This document shows, in pieces, positions 12,384 through 27,200 of a stretch of DNA of 64,000 bases. The position numbers and the translations under genes are program-made. Position 1 is the first letter of the stretch. Every line of letters begins with the position of its first letter. The stretch spans positions 128,092,001-128,156,000 of the forward strand of contig OZ286459.1 in the NCBI GenBank assembly GCA_965644265.1, in the 5' to 3' direction. The notes beneath the pieces were generated by a model. It worked only from the letters and a program-made list of their open reading frames with translations. It did not search any database and was not told the DNA's origin. This DNA comes from Glycera tridactyla. Taxonomy: Eukaryota.

Positions 12384-15300
12384 ATCACGAGAGACCCCAC
12401 AATATAGTCTGAGCATGGACCTATTGCTCTTGCATCAAGTAATTTTGATTCACAATCCCATCTCAGACAGCAGGATATGTGCTAAAAGGCACGTAGGATA
12501 TGTGCTAAAAGGCACGTAGGATATGATAATGGCGCATCAAATCTCTTGTTGGTGTGCTAAGAAGGGCTCTCATGTTTTCTAGTTTCTATTCCAATTACAT
12601 TCTTTTTGGGTGCATAAAGAATTAGGAAGGCACACAAATGTCAATGATAGGTGTGCCAACAGGGCACATACCTTGCACTTGATCAGGCAATTCCTTGTGA
12701 TGTATTCAAAACTATATACATACTCAAATTTTCACCAAACTCATCACACCAAGGAGAAAAACCAGTACGTTTATTACAGACAATGTGAACTAAGTCATTT
12801 AGTGCAATGCCTCTTAGGAGTCATTTCTTGCTAATTTCTGACACATATTTTCTGGATCTTTATTCGTCAGTTGCCACCTCGAAATTGAGAGATCTTGTGT
12901 GGCGGATGATGAATGCACACAAAGAGGGATTATGATTGACAGGCAGTAAAATAATCACTTAATACATTATTCCATGGTGGTGATTAAAAATGGATTTCTG
13001 TCTTGCCTCGAGAATGTGCTCATAAATTAATGCCAATTCCGAGAGTGTATGAGAGACTTGGTTTGAGATGGATGGTTGACGTATAGCTGATTGTTTTGTC
13101 TGGGTTACGAATCTGACCCCTGTGACCTCATTTCTTCTCTGTTTACTCTACCGAAGTGATCTCATTTCATTTGATCTCATTTCATTTGATCGTGATTATT
13201 TTGGCTTGGGTTTCACTCTCTCCGCCAGTCTCTCGTCTACTTTGAGCTTTCCTTGTTTTAACATTCTGCATGGATTTCTCTGTGTGGCTTTCAGAGTAGT
13301 TCACTCCCAGGCTTGTTCCCATGTCTACACTTCTCACTTTAATTCATTTTTTTAAATCATTTTTATTCTTACTGTTCATTAACTCTTGCGAATCGCAGTC
13401 CTATAAGCATGTGAAGTTCAACTTCAGACCCTTCTGCATTATTTCATTGAACTGAACAAATTATCGGAATTCAATTCAACAATACCACATTTTGCATGCA
13501 TGCCTGTATAGTTCCATTTCAATTATCTAGTTCATCACACTTTTCCGCTTTCATGGATGCATGCCAGGATTTTAGATGAAAATGCTTTATATTCCCAATA
13601 GCTTCAAAATAACAATTTTTTTCTGAGGACAAATCAAACCTGAGGATAGTGCATCACTAAGAGTTGTTATCCACCATTTGCTCTTTAGGATGTGATTGCT
13701 GATTATTTTGGATTTTAAATCGAGTTGGCAGGATATAGGATTGACACATAGTGGTCATTAGCTCACAGGTGTGGGTTTTTCTAGGTGGATAAATTCTTGG
13801 TGACACGTGGCACAGTCAGGTTTCCAGGGTTTTGGTTGTGAATCAATCACATCCCTTCATAGATCATTCTCGATTGTTAATAAGGCTGGTAAGCAGGTAG
13901 TGTCCATGCCGTTGTGGATTGGATTGGCATTGAGGCTTGTGTTCCAATATTTCACTATTACCGAGATAACATGAAGAAATTAACTTTGATATGAATAGTG
14001 TTATTCAAATCCTTAACAAGGTGGGTTGATGAGCAAATGTAGCCAGGTGTGAAAAGAAGGCCTGTGAGTTCTAGTGGTATATGAGCATGTTGCTTGTAGG
14101 TTCACACTGTTTATTGGTGAGGTGTGAACAGCTGAGGGTGGGTGGCCTTCCTCTGATGTTGTATCATCTGTATCCATGGTGATTGCAGCCTTGATGGAGA
14201 TGCTGTGTGCCCCGCCCTCCTCACTCAACCCTACCCCTTTCTCTGCTCTACCAGGGATAAACTTCATAACTCGGACCTATCTTGCCACTCATGCTTGTAT
14301 GATACTTAAGCACTTTCTTGAATGTTATATGGCATTTTCAGCGATTATCTATTCTGGCGAATTTTTGCAAGTGCTAAATAGCTCATAGATATGAATAACA
14401 TCTTGTCTGCAGTGGCATGAATTCCGGAGGTTCATTCTCTGTTGAGAATTTCAACCTACATGTATATGGAGAACACTCCAGTCATTTCAATATGTATCTG
14501 AAATAGTTCAGAATGTCTAGTACCTTCAGCATTTGGCCTGCTTTTGTGGCTATGACACGGTGATCAGAATTCAATCCTGGCCTCTTTTTAGAGAGGTATT
14601 TGAGTCAATCTTGAAAGGTCATACCCCATATTTGATGAACTCCAAAATATCCAATCAAATTTTGGAATCTCTATGACTGATTTCTTTGTAGTCTATAAAT
14701 TTCAAGAGAACCAGGTACTCATATTTGCGAAGTTAACAACCTTTAGATGTGTGAAGGAAAAAGGTATCTGTGGCAGTGTGGACAGGCCTTCATTCATCAT
14801 CCTGTTTCTGTGCTTTTACTGTTCACTGTTTTTTGCTTTTGTGTACCATGCACGAAGTAGTTGTGCTGCCTCCCAGTGTTCTTCACCATTGCTTGGATGC
14901 TGATTTGGTGATGACATTAGTCGTCCTTTGATGTTGATTACACCTCGTGTATCAGCCTGGGCATCAGTGGATGAGCCATCAACAGCTAACTCAGAATGAT
15001 CTAATAAACTACGGAGGGTCATGTGTTGGGAAACCTATTGCTTGTCACTCCAATACGTCCTTTAGTTTGATGACTAATGTAGAAATAATTCTTCATTAGT
15101 GTACTGTTTGAAAAACAGATTTGGATCTTCAAAGGTTATCAGAGTTTGTCAATGATAGACAGGAACACTGTGCAAAATAGTGGCTCATGGTGGCTGCTTC
15201 GACTGCTGATTAGTATGTATTGGTTCCATATGGACCTCCTAGTCGGCAGCGGGCAGAGGTAGCATATTAAGGAGGGTTGGAAGGGGTGTCTACACTCCTC

Positions 15301-15619
15301 CCCTCTAGCCCCACCACTTTAATCTTTTAGTCATTAATCCAAATTAAGATTATGCTACTTGTTAGTGAGTTATGGGTGCTGAAATTTGATCCTCTTGTCA
15401 CCGTATCCCTTCCATCATTTCATGGCCAGATGTATAGCTATCTATCATCTTGAGACCCCCCTCCCCCATCCCTCCCACAGCTTGTCAGATTTCTCTCAGT
15501 CTATATATTCTACCTACAGATTGAACAAAGAATTTTCAAAAGCTATTTCATCCTGTGTGTAAGGTACCATACTGTCTGAAATATGAGAATATATATATAT
15601 ATGTATGTTCGTGATTTTT

Positions 15620-15748
15620 CTGGGTTATGATCTCTCAAAGTAGATGGCTTCTCATCAGAGGTATATTTGACTATGCCAAATTGAAAAGCTGCCCTGAAAA
15701 GCAGTCTCCTATTGGAGGGATCTCTCATCATGAGGTCTTTTCACTGTA
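15620..15748 (-). mobile_element. Truncated MITE copy (reverse orientation), same family as 29514 copy
   Basis: Reverse complement starts tacagtgaaaagacc...atgagagatcc and contains cagggcagcttttcaatttggcatagtcaaatatacctctgatgag, aligning with cagggcagctttcctatttggcatagtcaaatacgcctctgattag at about 29590-29635. Confidence 0.8.
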
Positions 15749-18528
15749 TGTGATATAGCTCATGACTGGTGAACCATAGTTTTGCCAATGTCATCGGTAT
15801 GGGATTTGACTTCAGCAATAGAAAAATGCCTACATTGTCATAGCATTAGTCAAAGTGAATCTCGGGAGGGCTATTGTAGTCATTCAGAGCCAAGAGATTG
15901 GTTGGTTGGATGGTTGGTGGATTGGTTGGTTGTGGTTTAAGCATAATTTTTCATGTTTCCTATTTTGCCACACCTAAGCAATGGGCATGAATGGGACTGG
16001 GGAGTTTGGTCGGGTCCTCAATCTGAGGTGAAATGATATCTTAAAAGGTTGGCCATCTTAAAAGGTTGTGTTGAGCCGGGCAGGTTTGACATCCTTCGTA
16101 TCTCTCATCAAGCAAACACTGAGCAGATGTACAGCTGTGAATCTGGCCTCTGAACTCCTCTGTTTACTTACCCAAATTGTCCTAGCTAGCTGTGAACCCT
16201 GCTAGTCTCTTGAGGAGCTTCTCCTGGATACGGGTAGACATTTCTGCCAGTAGACTTCACTCCTGACTTCATTTCCCCGCTATTTGACCTGATTATCTTG
16301 GGTGTATCACCATAATTTTTCCACTAGAAAAAATCCCATCTCCATTAGATTTTCCAGTAGATTAAGGTTTACTTAGAGTGAACGCTCACAGGTCTTGGAA
16401 AGGGCTGATTCATCCTATGTGACATTGTTCTGCATTCTAGAATTCCACTACCCCTAATTCAAAATTGTGAATTATATCTTGGGCTGATTTCTCGAAATAC
16501 AGGACAGGCATTGATTTAAAATTTGAAAAGAGTAGAGCATACCTCAATAATTGCAATGAGTATTATATCAACTTCATTCTTATTTTCTTGCATGTTATTC
16601 GATTTTGCTGAAAAGGTGCATGTAATTTGTTCTAGTTATATTGGGGCACAAAAATATTGAGTGATAATTGAAACATTCTTGAGTGGTCGTGTATGGCAGC
16701 ATGCTTGAGCAATTTAATTGAAAGCAGAATGACAGGAAATGGTAGGTGGATTGAGAATGCTGTCCTCTCACAAATATTGCTGAAAAATTGTTCTGCATGT
16801 GTTGGCCACACACAGTAAAGATGTTGCTCAGTTAGCTGTCTTATCTGCACTTTGGCATTCCCAGCCTCAGGGAGGGCAAGAAGATTCTCACAGCCTGTCT
16901 TTATGCTTGGTTGATATAAATAATTTCCAGTTTGAATGGCAGTGATTTATCAAGCTTGGTTTGTGTTATGCACAGCCATATTGTATCAAGTCTGTACCAT
17001 ATCAAGGTGGTTCTGACTGTACTCATGTCACTTGGAAATTCCACCTGTGTGTATCTGTCACTCCTGAGACAGCCCCTCGCCACATTGGCACTGCTATCAC
17101 CACGCCTGTCCTATCACCGAGCCTCTTGTGATGGATCCTGGCATATGTGGCCAGCCCATCAAATCTGCAACCACACAATCTGCATCCAGACATCTTTTTT
17201 TTACGAAATGACCTCATGGTAATTCCTTCTGCACATATTTTAATGATAGCACATGTCCCTTTGAAAATCAACGCAGATGTTTGGCTGATGGAATTATTTA
17301 CTGTTGAATTTATGAGTGTGAATTTATCCACTGTTTTTATGGATTTGAGAATTTTTTTGAAATATTTCAACTAATTAGTTTTGATCATTGGTTTCTTGAA
17401 GGTCATGATGGGGCATTGGCAGAAGATAGGAGATTTTCCCCTCACAGTCAGGAGAGCGACAGCCCTTCAAGGTCTGCCGCAGATGGTGCAGCCCCATCTC
17501 TAGGTATAGTGATACTAATCTTTTGTGGGAAAAAACCTCCAAATAAAGTCCTAAACATTTCCATGGAAACACATCTGAAATGAAACATTGAAAGAAACAG
17601 GAATGTCCACAAACCAGCTAATATCTACTGATCCAAAATATATCTTTGTTTGATGTCAGACTACAATACTAATAGCCTAATTTATTGAATGGTTAGTGAT
17701 CACCTGGATTGGAGGTAACAATGTGTCTATTTCATAATTATGTGAGAAATATTTATGGGCGGTTGGAGAATTTAGTTAAGTCTGAAAACTTGATATATTT
17801 GACTTCCTCTGAACGCTCAAAATTGACCTCCATCTTGCTAAGTGAAAGTTGCTATTGCTAAATTCATGTCACATTTGTGTTATCCCTATAGAGAGCATTG
17901 TCAATCCATTAATTCTGAGATCTTGCTTTTATAAAAAAAACTTCATCAGTCAATATCTTCCACAATATCATGGATATTTTCGTGCATTTGGCAGTATTAT
18001 GTGTGTTACAGTAGAAATGAGCCCAACCAGAATATGGATTGCCTACAGACAGCCCCAACCCCTTCTTCTGTCCATCCCCTCCTTCTCCTTCTGTCCATCT
18101 CATATTTGTAGTCACATTTGTATCATTTCTATATATTGCTATGGGTATTGAGTCACTATGCATTTATGCTTCAGTTTTACTGTATGCTCATCAGATGTGA
18201 TTTGAGGGGAAAGATTCATTTCATCTGCTGAAGTTCTTTAGTCAAACTCTGTGTAATCAGCATGATCTTGGTGATAGTGACGCTTGTGTAGGAGCCATCT
18301 TGCTTTTAAAGTACTAACAGAATCTTTCGCATCAACTTCTGGTGCCATTTGACAGGAGTTGTCTTCAGTGAGAATTGGGAGTAGCCACACCAAGTTCCAG
18401 TTGTTTAGACATATAACAATTTCAAGGAAGCACTCCCAATCTTGAGTGAAGGCAGATTCTCATACAAAGTCACAGACAGTCCATATATTACTTTTCTATC
18501 CTTTATTTTTCATCTTATACCCCGACTG

Positions 18529-19575
18529 AGATGTTAGCTATCTAAATTTTAATGGTCGTTCGATTTGTTCTCAAATTCTATTAGAGAGAGATACCAGTAT
18601 TTCTACTATGAGCAATACTCAGACACACCTAAACACGAGTGTGAAACAAACTTTTCATGTGGAATAACTTCAGTCCTTGAACATCCACCATATATTAGAA
18701 AGAGCACTAACTCAAACTGTGAATTGTGATTGCCACAAAGGTCTTCACGTTTTTCTTTTTATTTTATCGACAACAGACTTTCTCCCATGTGGAGTGTGCT
18801 ACCTGTTGCTTTAGAAAGGATCTGGCAGTAATTTGCATCCATTAGCAGTAGTGCTGTCTGTAGTCGTGAACATTGTGAAGTTGGCTTCCAGTTTGAAGCT
18901 TATGCCTCAGGATGTCTCTGGCGTGAACTGTCAAAAAGCCTGTTATGTTTTCAGTGCCACTCTGCACATACGAGCATTAAGGTTCCAGTTCATGTTTCAT
19001 AGCTGTAGGCTGGTGCTGGCACTCATGCACATGTGCCTGCACGCATGTAGCCACTGCACACAGATGTTAGCTATCTAAATTTTAATGGTCGTTCGATTTG
19101 TTCTCAAATTCTATTAGAGAGAGATACCAGTATTTCTACTATGAGCAATACTCAGACACACCTAAACACGAGTGTGAAACAAACTTTTCATGTGGAATAA
19201 CTTCAGTCCTTGAACATCCACCATATATTAGAAAGAGCACTAACTCAAACTGTGAATTGTGATTGCCACAAAGGTCTTCACGTTTTTCTTTTTATTTTAT
19301 CGACAACAGACTTTCTCCCATGTGGAGTGTGCTACCTGTTGCTTTAGAAAGGATCTGGCAGTAATTTGCATCCATTAGCAGTAGTGCTGTCTGTAGTCGT
19401 GAACATTGTGAAGTTGGCTTCCAGTTTGAAGCTTATGCCTCAGGATGTCTCTGGCGTGAACTGTCAAAAAGCCTGTTATGTTTTCAGTGCCACTCTGCAC
19501 ATACGAGCATTAAGGTTCCAGTTCATGTTTCATAGCTGTAGGCTGGTGCTGGCACTCATGCACATGTGCCTGCAC
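18529..19575 (+). repeat. Perfect tandem duplication, period 533 bp (second copy 19062-19575 cut by N gap)
   Basis: 514 bp read as identical by eye; ORFs at 18833 and 19366 are identical and offset by 533. Confidence 0.95.
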
Positions 19576-19939
19576 NNNNNNNNNNNNNNNNNNNNNNNNN
19601 NNNNNNNNNNNNNNNNNNNNNNNNNNNNNNNNNNNNNNNNNNNNNNNNNNNNNNNNNNNNNNNNNNNNNNNNNNNNNNNNNNNNNNNNNNNNNNNNNNNN
19701 NNNNNNNNNNNNNNNNNNNNNNNNNNNNNNNNNNNNNNNNNNNNNNNNNNNNNNNNNNNNNNNTCTTTATTGTTTGAGAAAACCACCACAATGGACAGTT
19801 GCTTAACATTTTCATTATTTTGCATGATCATGTTGTATTTTGATGGTAAAACATATGCAATAAAACACTATTTTATCCCCAAGCAAATGAGGATTTCTCT
19901 TGCAAATTTATAATAAATGTTTTCTGTTTTCATTCTCAG

Positions 19940-20088
19940 GTCGAGGGCGATCAAGAGGCCGAAGACAAAATAATCCATCTCCTGGACCAGAGAATGACAT
20001 AGATAGGGTATTTGTCTGGGATCTGGACGAGACGATTATCATATTTCACTCTTTACTCACGGGATCATACGCTCAGCGTTATGGAAAG
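19940..20088 (+). CDS. eya: eya exon E: start of EYA domain with HAD motif I
   Basis: Acceptor ttttcattctcag|, donor AAG|gtaagc. Encodes [50 protein letters not shown]. Confidence 0.98.
20017..20034 (+). other. eya: HAD phosphatase motif I (W-D-L-D-E-T, DxDxT) intact
   Basis: tgg gat ctg gac gag acg; nucleophile Asp and general acid Asp both present. Confidence 0.97.
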
Positions 20089-21154
20089 GTAAGCTCTCCT
20101 CATTTTCCCAGATTTTTCTGTCATCCTTTTTTTCATCGAAGGGCGGAGCGATTCCCTGGATCCAATGATGCCAATTTTCCAAAAAATTTCGGAATTCCGG
20201 AAATTGGATGAGAAATTGAAATTCAGAAATCGTAGCAATATGGCTGGCAGTTTCAGAATATATACTCTTGAGAATATGTAGGGGTGGTATAAGAAAATCC
20301 AACTATATTTCCGAAAATTCAGCTTTATCTCACTGGCATCACTGGGATCTCTCCCTAGCCTCCCTGGTGTATCCATCCTCTCACATCACTGCTCAATTTC
20401 TTGAGCTGTGGATTGAGTTGGATAGTCACATCATGTGATCCTTGCTCAGTTTGTTTTGGTCTCAGTTTTATTTCAGGTTCATTTCAGAGAGTTGGTATCC
20501 CCTTGACTATGCCAAGATCCGGTGCTCTACTCTTATAGTCTATTCATTTGAGAGATATCTCAATGTCTACCAAATTTGTATGATGACTGAGGTGTTTTTG
20601 GTATATGATCTCGATTTGGGATTGAGATACGCTGATTTTGTGAAGCACACAGTGTCTTTGTGAGCTTCTACCTGCACATCACATCCATGACCTGTGGACA
20701 TGGTTCATACCATTGTGAGCAGTGATTTGTCTCAGTGGGTGCTATAGACATGATTCTAGGTTTGTGAATTGGATGCAACAAGCGTGGGGTTTGATGGGAG
20801 GTTTTAGATTGTCATTATCATCGTGTTGCCTCCGTATTGCCTCCGTATTGCCTCCATTGCCACATGCCGCTACTGAATAGACGTTATGGACATTTACTGG
20901 CTGTTTTTCCATGGCTGCTGTAATTCCTGCATGATGAATTGCCTTTGATGGATGCATAGACTGCACATCCCTGTACCAACCCTTCTCCACCAGAACCCAG
21001 CTTAAATGACTCATCCATCCACATGACCCAGTGGCAGTGCCACCACCTCTAACACCCCTCCAATAAACAAACTCTGCAAATTCATTTTTTATTGGGAGAG
21101 AGGATAGGGGAGAGAGAAATCTACCACCTTGTCTCGTTCTCATTCTCTTCTCAT

Positions 21155-21255
21155 TCTTGGACTCTTTCACTCTCTCTTTATCCCCCCCCCCCTCTCTCTC
21201 TCTCTCTTCTCCATCCTTTTCTACCTCCCTCCCTTCCCTCTTTCCCCTCCCTGAA
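21155..21255. repeat. CT-rich polypyrimidine low-complexity tract
   Basis: Direct reading. Confidence 0.85.
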
Positions 21256-24200
21256 TTCAATGAAATAGGGCATTTGTTGAAAATACTCTGATTCTGAGAT
21301 TTCTAATTGTTTCCTGCATTCATTCCGTAATCAAAAGGTAGAATTTCCCCAAGGTTGATGATGGTTATACTTAGTCAGCAGCAATTGTTGCGAGGCAGAT
21401 GCCCTTCAAGGATCCTTGAATTAGCCTACACCCATTTCTTGTTTACCTTGCACATCTCGGCTCTGCTTCCCCTGAAGTCTTGATTTAAACTGTTCGAAAA
21501 AGCAAAAGTTTGTTGAAAGGTTGTAAGCTTCACTGTACATTTGAAGACTGTGTATCAACTATTCTGCAGTACAATTGAGGAATGCTAAGTGCTTACTTTT
21601 CAGGGGTTCCGAAAATTTGATGAACAATTGAAATGAACAATTTTCTGCAAAACTGAAAACTTAGAGTATTCGCTAGAAAATTCGATCAAATCTCCAAATT
21701 TTTTGCCCCATCTTATTGGCATTACTGCAGTATAGAATGTATATTGATTGCATTCATGTCCTTCAGAGTTCAAAAAACTTCGGTAGTTTTGATGGAAAAG
21801 GACATGGTATGCTCTATCATTTCTTGTTACAGAGTGGTTGAATATATATTTTGAAAGCCCTCAGAGTAGCAGTCCATGAATTCATCTTCATGAAGTGCAC
21901 CAAGTGGCAGGACCGTGTTTAGATTGCACTTAGATTTATCATGCAGAGTGTATAGCATACAACTGATTAATTAGCTCGATGGGGTATCTCTCCACAGATA
22001 TATCCTTGCTTAAATTTGTACTTGTAATGTTGACCTAATCTTGCTCAATTATTCTCGCTTGTCATTCAATTGTGTCACTATGACAGAAGACGCAAATCGG
22101 CAACCATGCGTAATACTTTCAAGACGCTTTTATGCAGGTGACTGCTCACCTGTGAATGTTACCCGTCAAAGCTATTTTCTACCCGGAGTGAAAAAATAAA
22201 TCACCAAGAGTCTGATGCAGATCTTAATGGGCTCCCTAACAGTTAACCTTTATTATCCATCATTTGGAATAGATTCAGAAAAAAATTCTTGTTCAGTTTG
22301 AAAATATCATTCATATATTGTATGTGGCTTACTAAAAATCGGTTGTTCACTTGGCAATCTTGCTGGATTGTTTTGCATTATTGTATCATCTCCAATTTTA
22401 TGTTGGTCTTGTGCCATTGAAGACCGAATAAGGTCCCAGAAAAAACCTCACCAAATATTTTGAAATATTAGAAAAGGTTTTTTTACTGATAAATCATGCT
22501 GAAAACTTATGTAATTAGATGGGTATTTTTCTTAACATTAAGGGATATGTAGAGAAAATCATTTATGTGGGTTTGAGGCAGCTGATATTATCTTGTTTCT
22601 CGACTAAAGAGTTTCATAGGTTTGCAGTTCAGTGGAGAATCAATCTTGACAAGTAGCAATGATGGACAAAAGCAGTCCTGCACTCAATGGGTTGGGAGAC
22701 ATCATTGGCTGTGAGAACTATTCCGCAGAGAATGGGTGGGAGGACACAATTGGCTGGCAGTAGAATTGGTTGTTGAGGAGTGTGTCTTGTGGGCAGTGTG
22801 CATATAATTGTTGCCGTCAAGAGCAGTGTGTCCAGCCATGAATAGGGGCTGGGGTGAATTATGACTTGATGTGATAAAGGTGAGATATCCTCAGGGGCCC
22901 TCCACCCCACAAACCACCATGAAAGCTGTTGTCCGCCAACCAATGCCATGAACACTCCGCGCACAGAAATTCATCTCACTCTTGGAATTTTCCATCGTTA
23001 GCCTCAAATTGAAATTGAATTTTGATAAAAAATTCTCACCCTTCACTCATATGCTACAGGGAATTGAAATTCTTGGCATTGTTGATTGTGTCTTATTTAA
23101 TAGACAATATTGATATAACTGGTAACTCGATTGTTGCAATATCTTTTTTTTCATAATATTTTCACCAAATATTGTAATATTGGTGATCATTGAGGCAATT
23201 CTGTAGTCTTGACGGGCAGAGATTGTTGGCAGCCATCCAGTTCAAGTCATCAATTTCTGCAGATTTTTTTTATCTGACAGCAAGGATTCCGCCCCATCTT
23301 TAATAATCCCACAAAATATATTGTAATAACTTGTCAAATTGTTGAAGGCATAACATTCTATCAAATAATGAATAAATGATCTACTTCAAGGTTGATAATT
23401 TTTGGAAAAATTTAGTTGCGTTTTGAGTAGTTGATGGGAGAGAGAGTGATTAGGAAATTCTGATCTGGTGAGAGAACAATGTGGAGTGGATTCTGGGAGG
23501 TTGCCCAGATTTGCTTGACACATGCACAATATGATGGTAGTTAAGTGGTTGCCCCATCAGCTGACCAAGCATGGAGTAATAGGATGGTGGGCCAGGCTTG
23601 ATTTATTGTTAGACCTCCAAAAATGGGCAAACAGGCCATCTCCCGGGCCATCCTCACCCACCAAATATCACAACAATCCAGAATCCTTTTCAAACACTGC
23701 ATATAGCCCATAAAAGTTCAAACCATGTGACTATCTGTGTTTGTTTGCAAGGTAGTGCTTGATGTTTGTTCTCTCTGATGGAATTGATCCTACTTCACCC
23801 CTGAAGTGTAAAGTCGTGGAAAATCGAATATATAAATATGGACTGCTATGGGGCTGAATTTAGTCTGTTCATTCTTGCTTGGCCTGAATTTTGGCCAATC
23901 AGTATGAGTCTTTGAAATCAGCACATGGTGGGTTACTCATCCTACATTCCACCTGTTGTACTTGAATTGCTGTTGAATCAGGTATTCGTTCATTCATGAT
24001 ATAGACAAATATCCTCTACATTGCACTTCAGATTTCTTATGGAAATTCCAATTTTGCAATGATTTAGTTCAGTTGGATGAAATTTTGGTCGTCTATGGTA
24101 GAAGCCATACGTTTAGGATGTATATCTAGACTTATTTAGGTCTTAATTTAGGTCTTATTTAGGCTAGGTATCCTTCTCATGGTTGACTGCTGATAGTGTA

Positions 24201-27200
24201 GGGTTAAAATCATATTCACCTGTCGACTGATCAGCAGGGGTGGCAGCTGCTGGCGGCAAAACACAGTCAGTGTCGTGTAATATTTGATAGATATCCATGA
24301 ACACACATGGTTGGACACACCTCTGCCCCCATGCACTTCATAATTTTATCTTGGGAGGTCACTGGGGCCACTCTACCCCCTCCTTGGGGCTTTATTTCAG
24401 GTTGGATAGGCCAGGGTCTAGGATGTAGCCTTTGGGGCCATTTAATTGTGACCCACTGTGGGGTTAGCTAGGGCAGTCCTACCTCCAGGCTTCTTTTAAC
24501 AATGATCTTACTGGTGTGAAATACTGCCCAGTCTTATCATGCTTTTGTCCGAGCAGTCGGTCTTGAGTTTCAACCTATTTTGTCTTCTTTAAATGACGTT
24601 AAATCAATGATTTCACCAACAACATCAAAAACAAGTCTTAACTCAAAAAAAGGTTCATCACCAGTATTTTTCTTTTTGTGGTAATGCTGCACAACTTGAA
24701 CATAATACAATAGCGAAGGCTGGAACAGGCTGAACATTTTTAAAGTACAAAGCATTGTAAAAAAAAAAAAAAAACTTAATGACGAGCATAACTGAAAAAG
24801 GGGTTAAAGAAATTGTTGGCAGGTATTGTTGACAGTACTGTGCCTGGTGAACAATGGTGTGCTGTTGGAGATGGCGTTGTCTTCAGGAAGCTATTTAGAT
24901 CACTCATAACCCACGCTCATGCCCACTCCTCAAACCTTGTTTGTACATACGCGAGTCGTACGTGAACGCTCATTGATGAAACGCTTGCCACGATGCTTTC
25001 TCGGTACAGATGCCAAAAACTGTCATGTCAGGTTTACTATTTCCTGACTTCACTAGTGATTACAGGATCACATTGTATAAGTTTCTGTTAACCCATATCT
25101 GCCAAACTTGGAATTTAGTGGCTGTTCTGTCCTGAGCCATATAACCATTTGCGAAAGACAGCAGTGGATCTTCAATGTGCGTAAAGGAAAAGGCTCCTAA
25201 ATACAGGGACGGCCTTTGATATCTCAGTCGGCATGCACTGGTTTGTGATTGGAGAGCTTTCAAATTTGATGAAATTTTCTGTATCAATCAATATTTTCAG
25301 GGATGGCAGTAGCTCAAAATTTGTGATAAGTAGGAGAAATTCTAGTGGAAGGATTTGGTAATGAGGTGTACACTGTGTTGGTGAAGATACAGTAACTATG
25401 ATTGCAAGTGACCACATGGTGGGAACATCATCTTTTGTTTGGTATGAATGCCTGATGTGACATTATATAAAGATGGATAATGACAGGGTGCTGCGGTGTA
25501 TGACAGCTCCTAGGTGTATGACAGCTCCTACCTTCGCCACATAGCTCTTCCGCTCTCATCTTCTGACGTAGATGGAACGTACCAGTGTCACCCGTGGTGG
25601 CATATTACAAAGGATGCACATTCTTGCTTGACACTTGGCGCCCACCTTTCAGACACCTCACATAAATGATTGGTTCCAGTGAACAAAAGGAGCACACCTG
25701 TAATCACATAGCGGGGCTCAACTGCAAATTATTACTCTGGTCCACCAACCGTCAAGTTTTTTTCCTGGAGGTCATTAAACCAGCATGGCGTTGACCATAT
25801 TCTATGCCCCCCTTAACATTGTCAATCAACATGTTCGGACACTTTTGACTGCTGATGATAGGAGTGCTGCGTTCACAGAAAAAAACATCCAGTCAATGAA
25901 CATAAAACAAATTTTATTTGTTCAAACACACTTTTTTAGGCTTTCAGATGTTACATGATTTTTTTCTCTGTTGAATGAACATGATAAAGGTGTACTTATC
26001 TATAACAAAATGTTTTAGTACCCATAAATATTCTTCAACTTCAAATCATGTTTTCAAGTTCATGCCTCATGAATTTTTTTGTATGTCAGGTCATCAAAGA
26101 TCTACGGACAACTCCTATAGTATTCAGCTACATTTCCATGACTTTAACATGTCATAAATAACAGAAATTGATTAGAGACTAAAATGTACTTTATTTCTTG
26201 TTCAGGTCAGAATGATTTATAAGCTTATGTGTGCACTCTCCAGTAGAAATTAATTAATTTCGACATTCATCAGCTCAGACTGATTCGCTCCTCTAGAAAA
26301 AGTTAGTTTATGTGTAGATGATATTTGGAATGAGAGTAATGGACTGGAATCACTAGCTTAGCAATTCAGGATTATAGGATGGGGAAGATGAGCAAGAGGT
26401 ATGACTGGTTTGACTGCATATAGCTGCATCAGATATGCATGAACATTTGCCAGAATTATATAGCTCTATTCTGCCACAAACCAGGGATTCTGTTCTGGAT
26501 AAAATAACCTTGGCATCAGTTTATTTCTTGAAAATGGTTGTATTATCACAGCGCCTTGGTACAAAAATAAGAAATGATGAGAGTAATTATGTTTGCCTGG
26601 AGGCAAAAATGAGCGTGTTTTCAGTTGCTTGGAGGCAAGAATAATCTTAACTGGATGGGAGGGAGTGGTAAAGAACACACCTGGGGGTTGTTATGATAGC
26701 ATAAATTATAAATAACCAGCCTTGTATTTACTGTTTATTTCTCCTATCAGGATTTATCAGTAGGCAGTGCAGGGTGTTTGGTAAACAGTACCAGCCTAGC
26801 AACTTGTCACATCCTCTCTGCTTCCATTCATTATTATGCATCTGCATTATTTGCAGGTGTTCTGAAAAGCGATGGGTTTTCTGTGGCTAAACTCATTTAT
26901 ACAATGCATAAGTGAATATTCTTGTATCATTGATACATTATTGAAATTTATTACCATAGTCTCTACTGTATTGAAAGTTTATCTTGAAATTGTCAATTAA
27001 CAAAGGGTGCTCTCAGCTGCTATGGTTTACTTACATGAGAAAGCTGAGATATGCTCCATGTAGGTTCAACTCTGTGTCGTAACATGTGGTAAGAGGTGTG
27101 TCCACACTGACAGTATACCTTGATAATCCTTCTTTGTGCCAATTACCAAAATATGGTGCCCATTTTTTTCTGAATATTTTGTGAAAAAATTGAAGTTGAG

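Noticed and set aside
13816-13824. MEF3/SIX site TCAGGTTTC (and GGTATCA at 47931) suggesting SIX-EYA feedback
   Set aside because: A 9-mer is expected about 0.5 times in 64 kb on two strands and a 7-mer several times; uninformative without conservation.
25638-25650. TGGCGCCCA resembling a tRNA-Lys primer binding site
   Set aside because: Only 9 nt match, with no adjacent LTR or gag/pol sequence.
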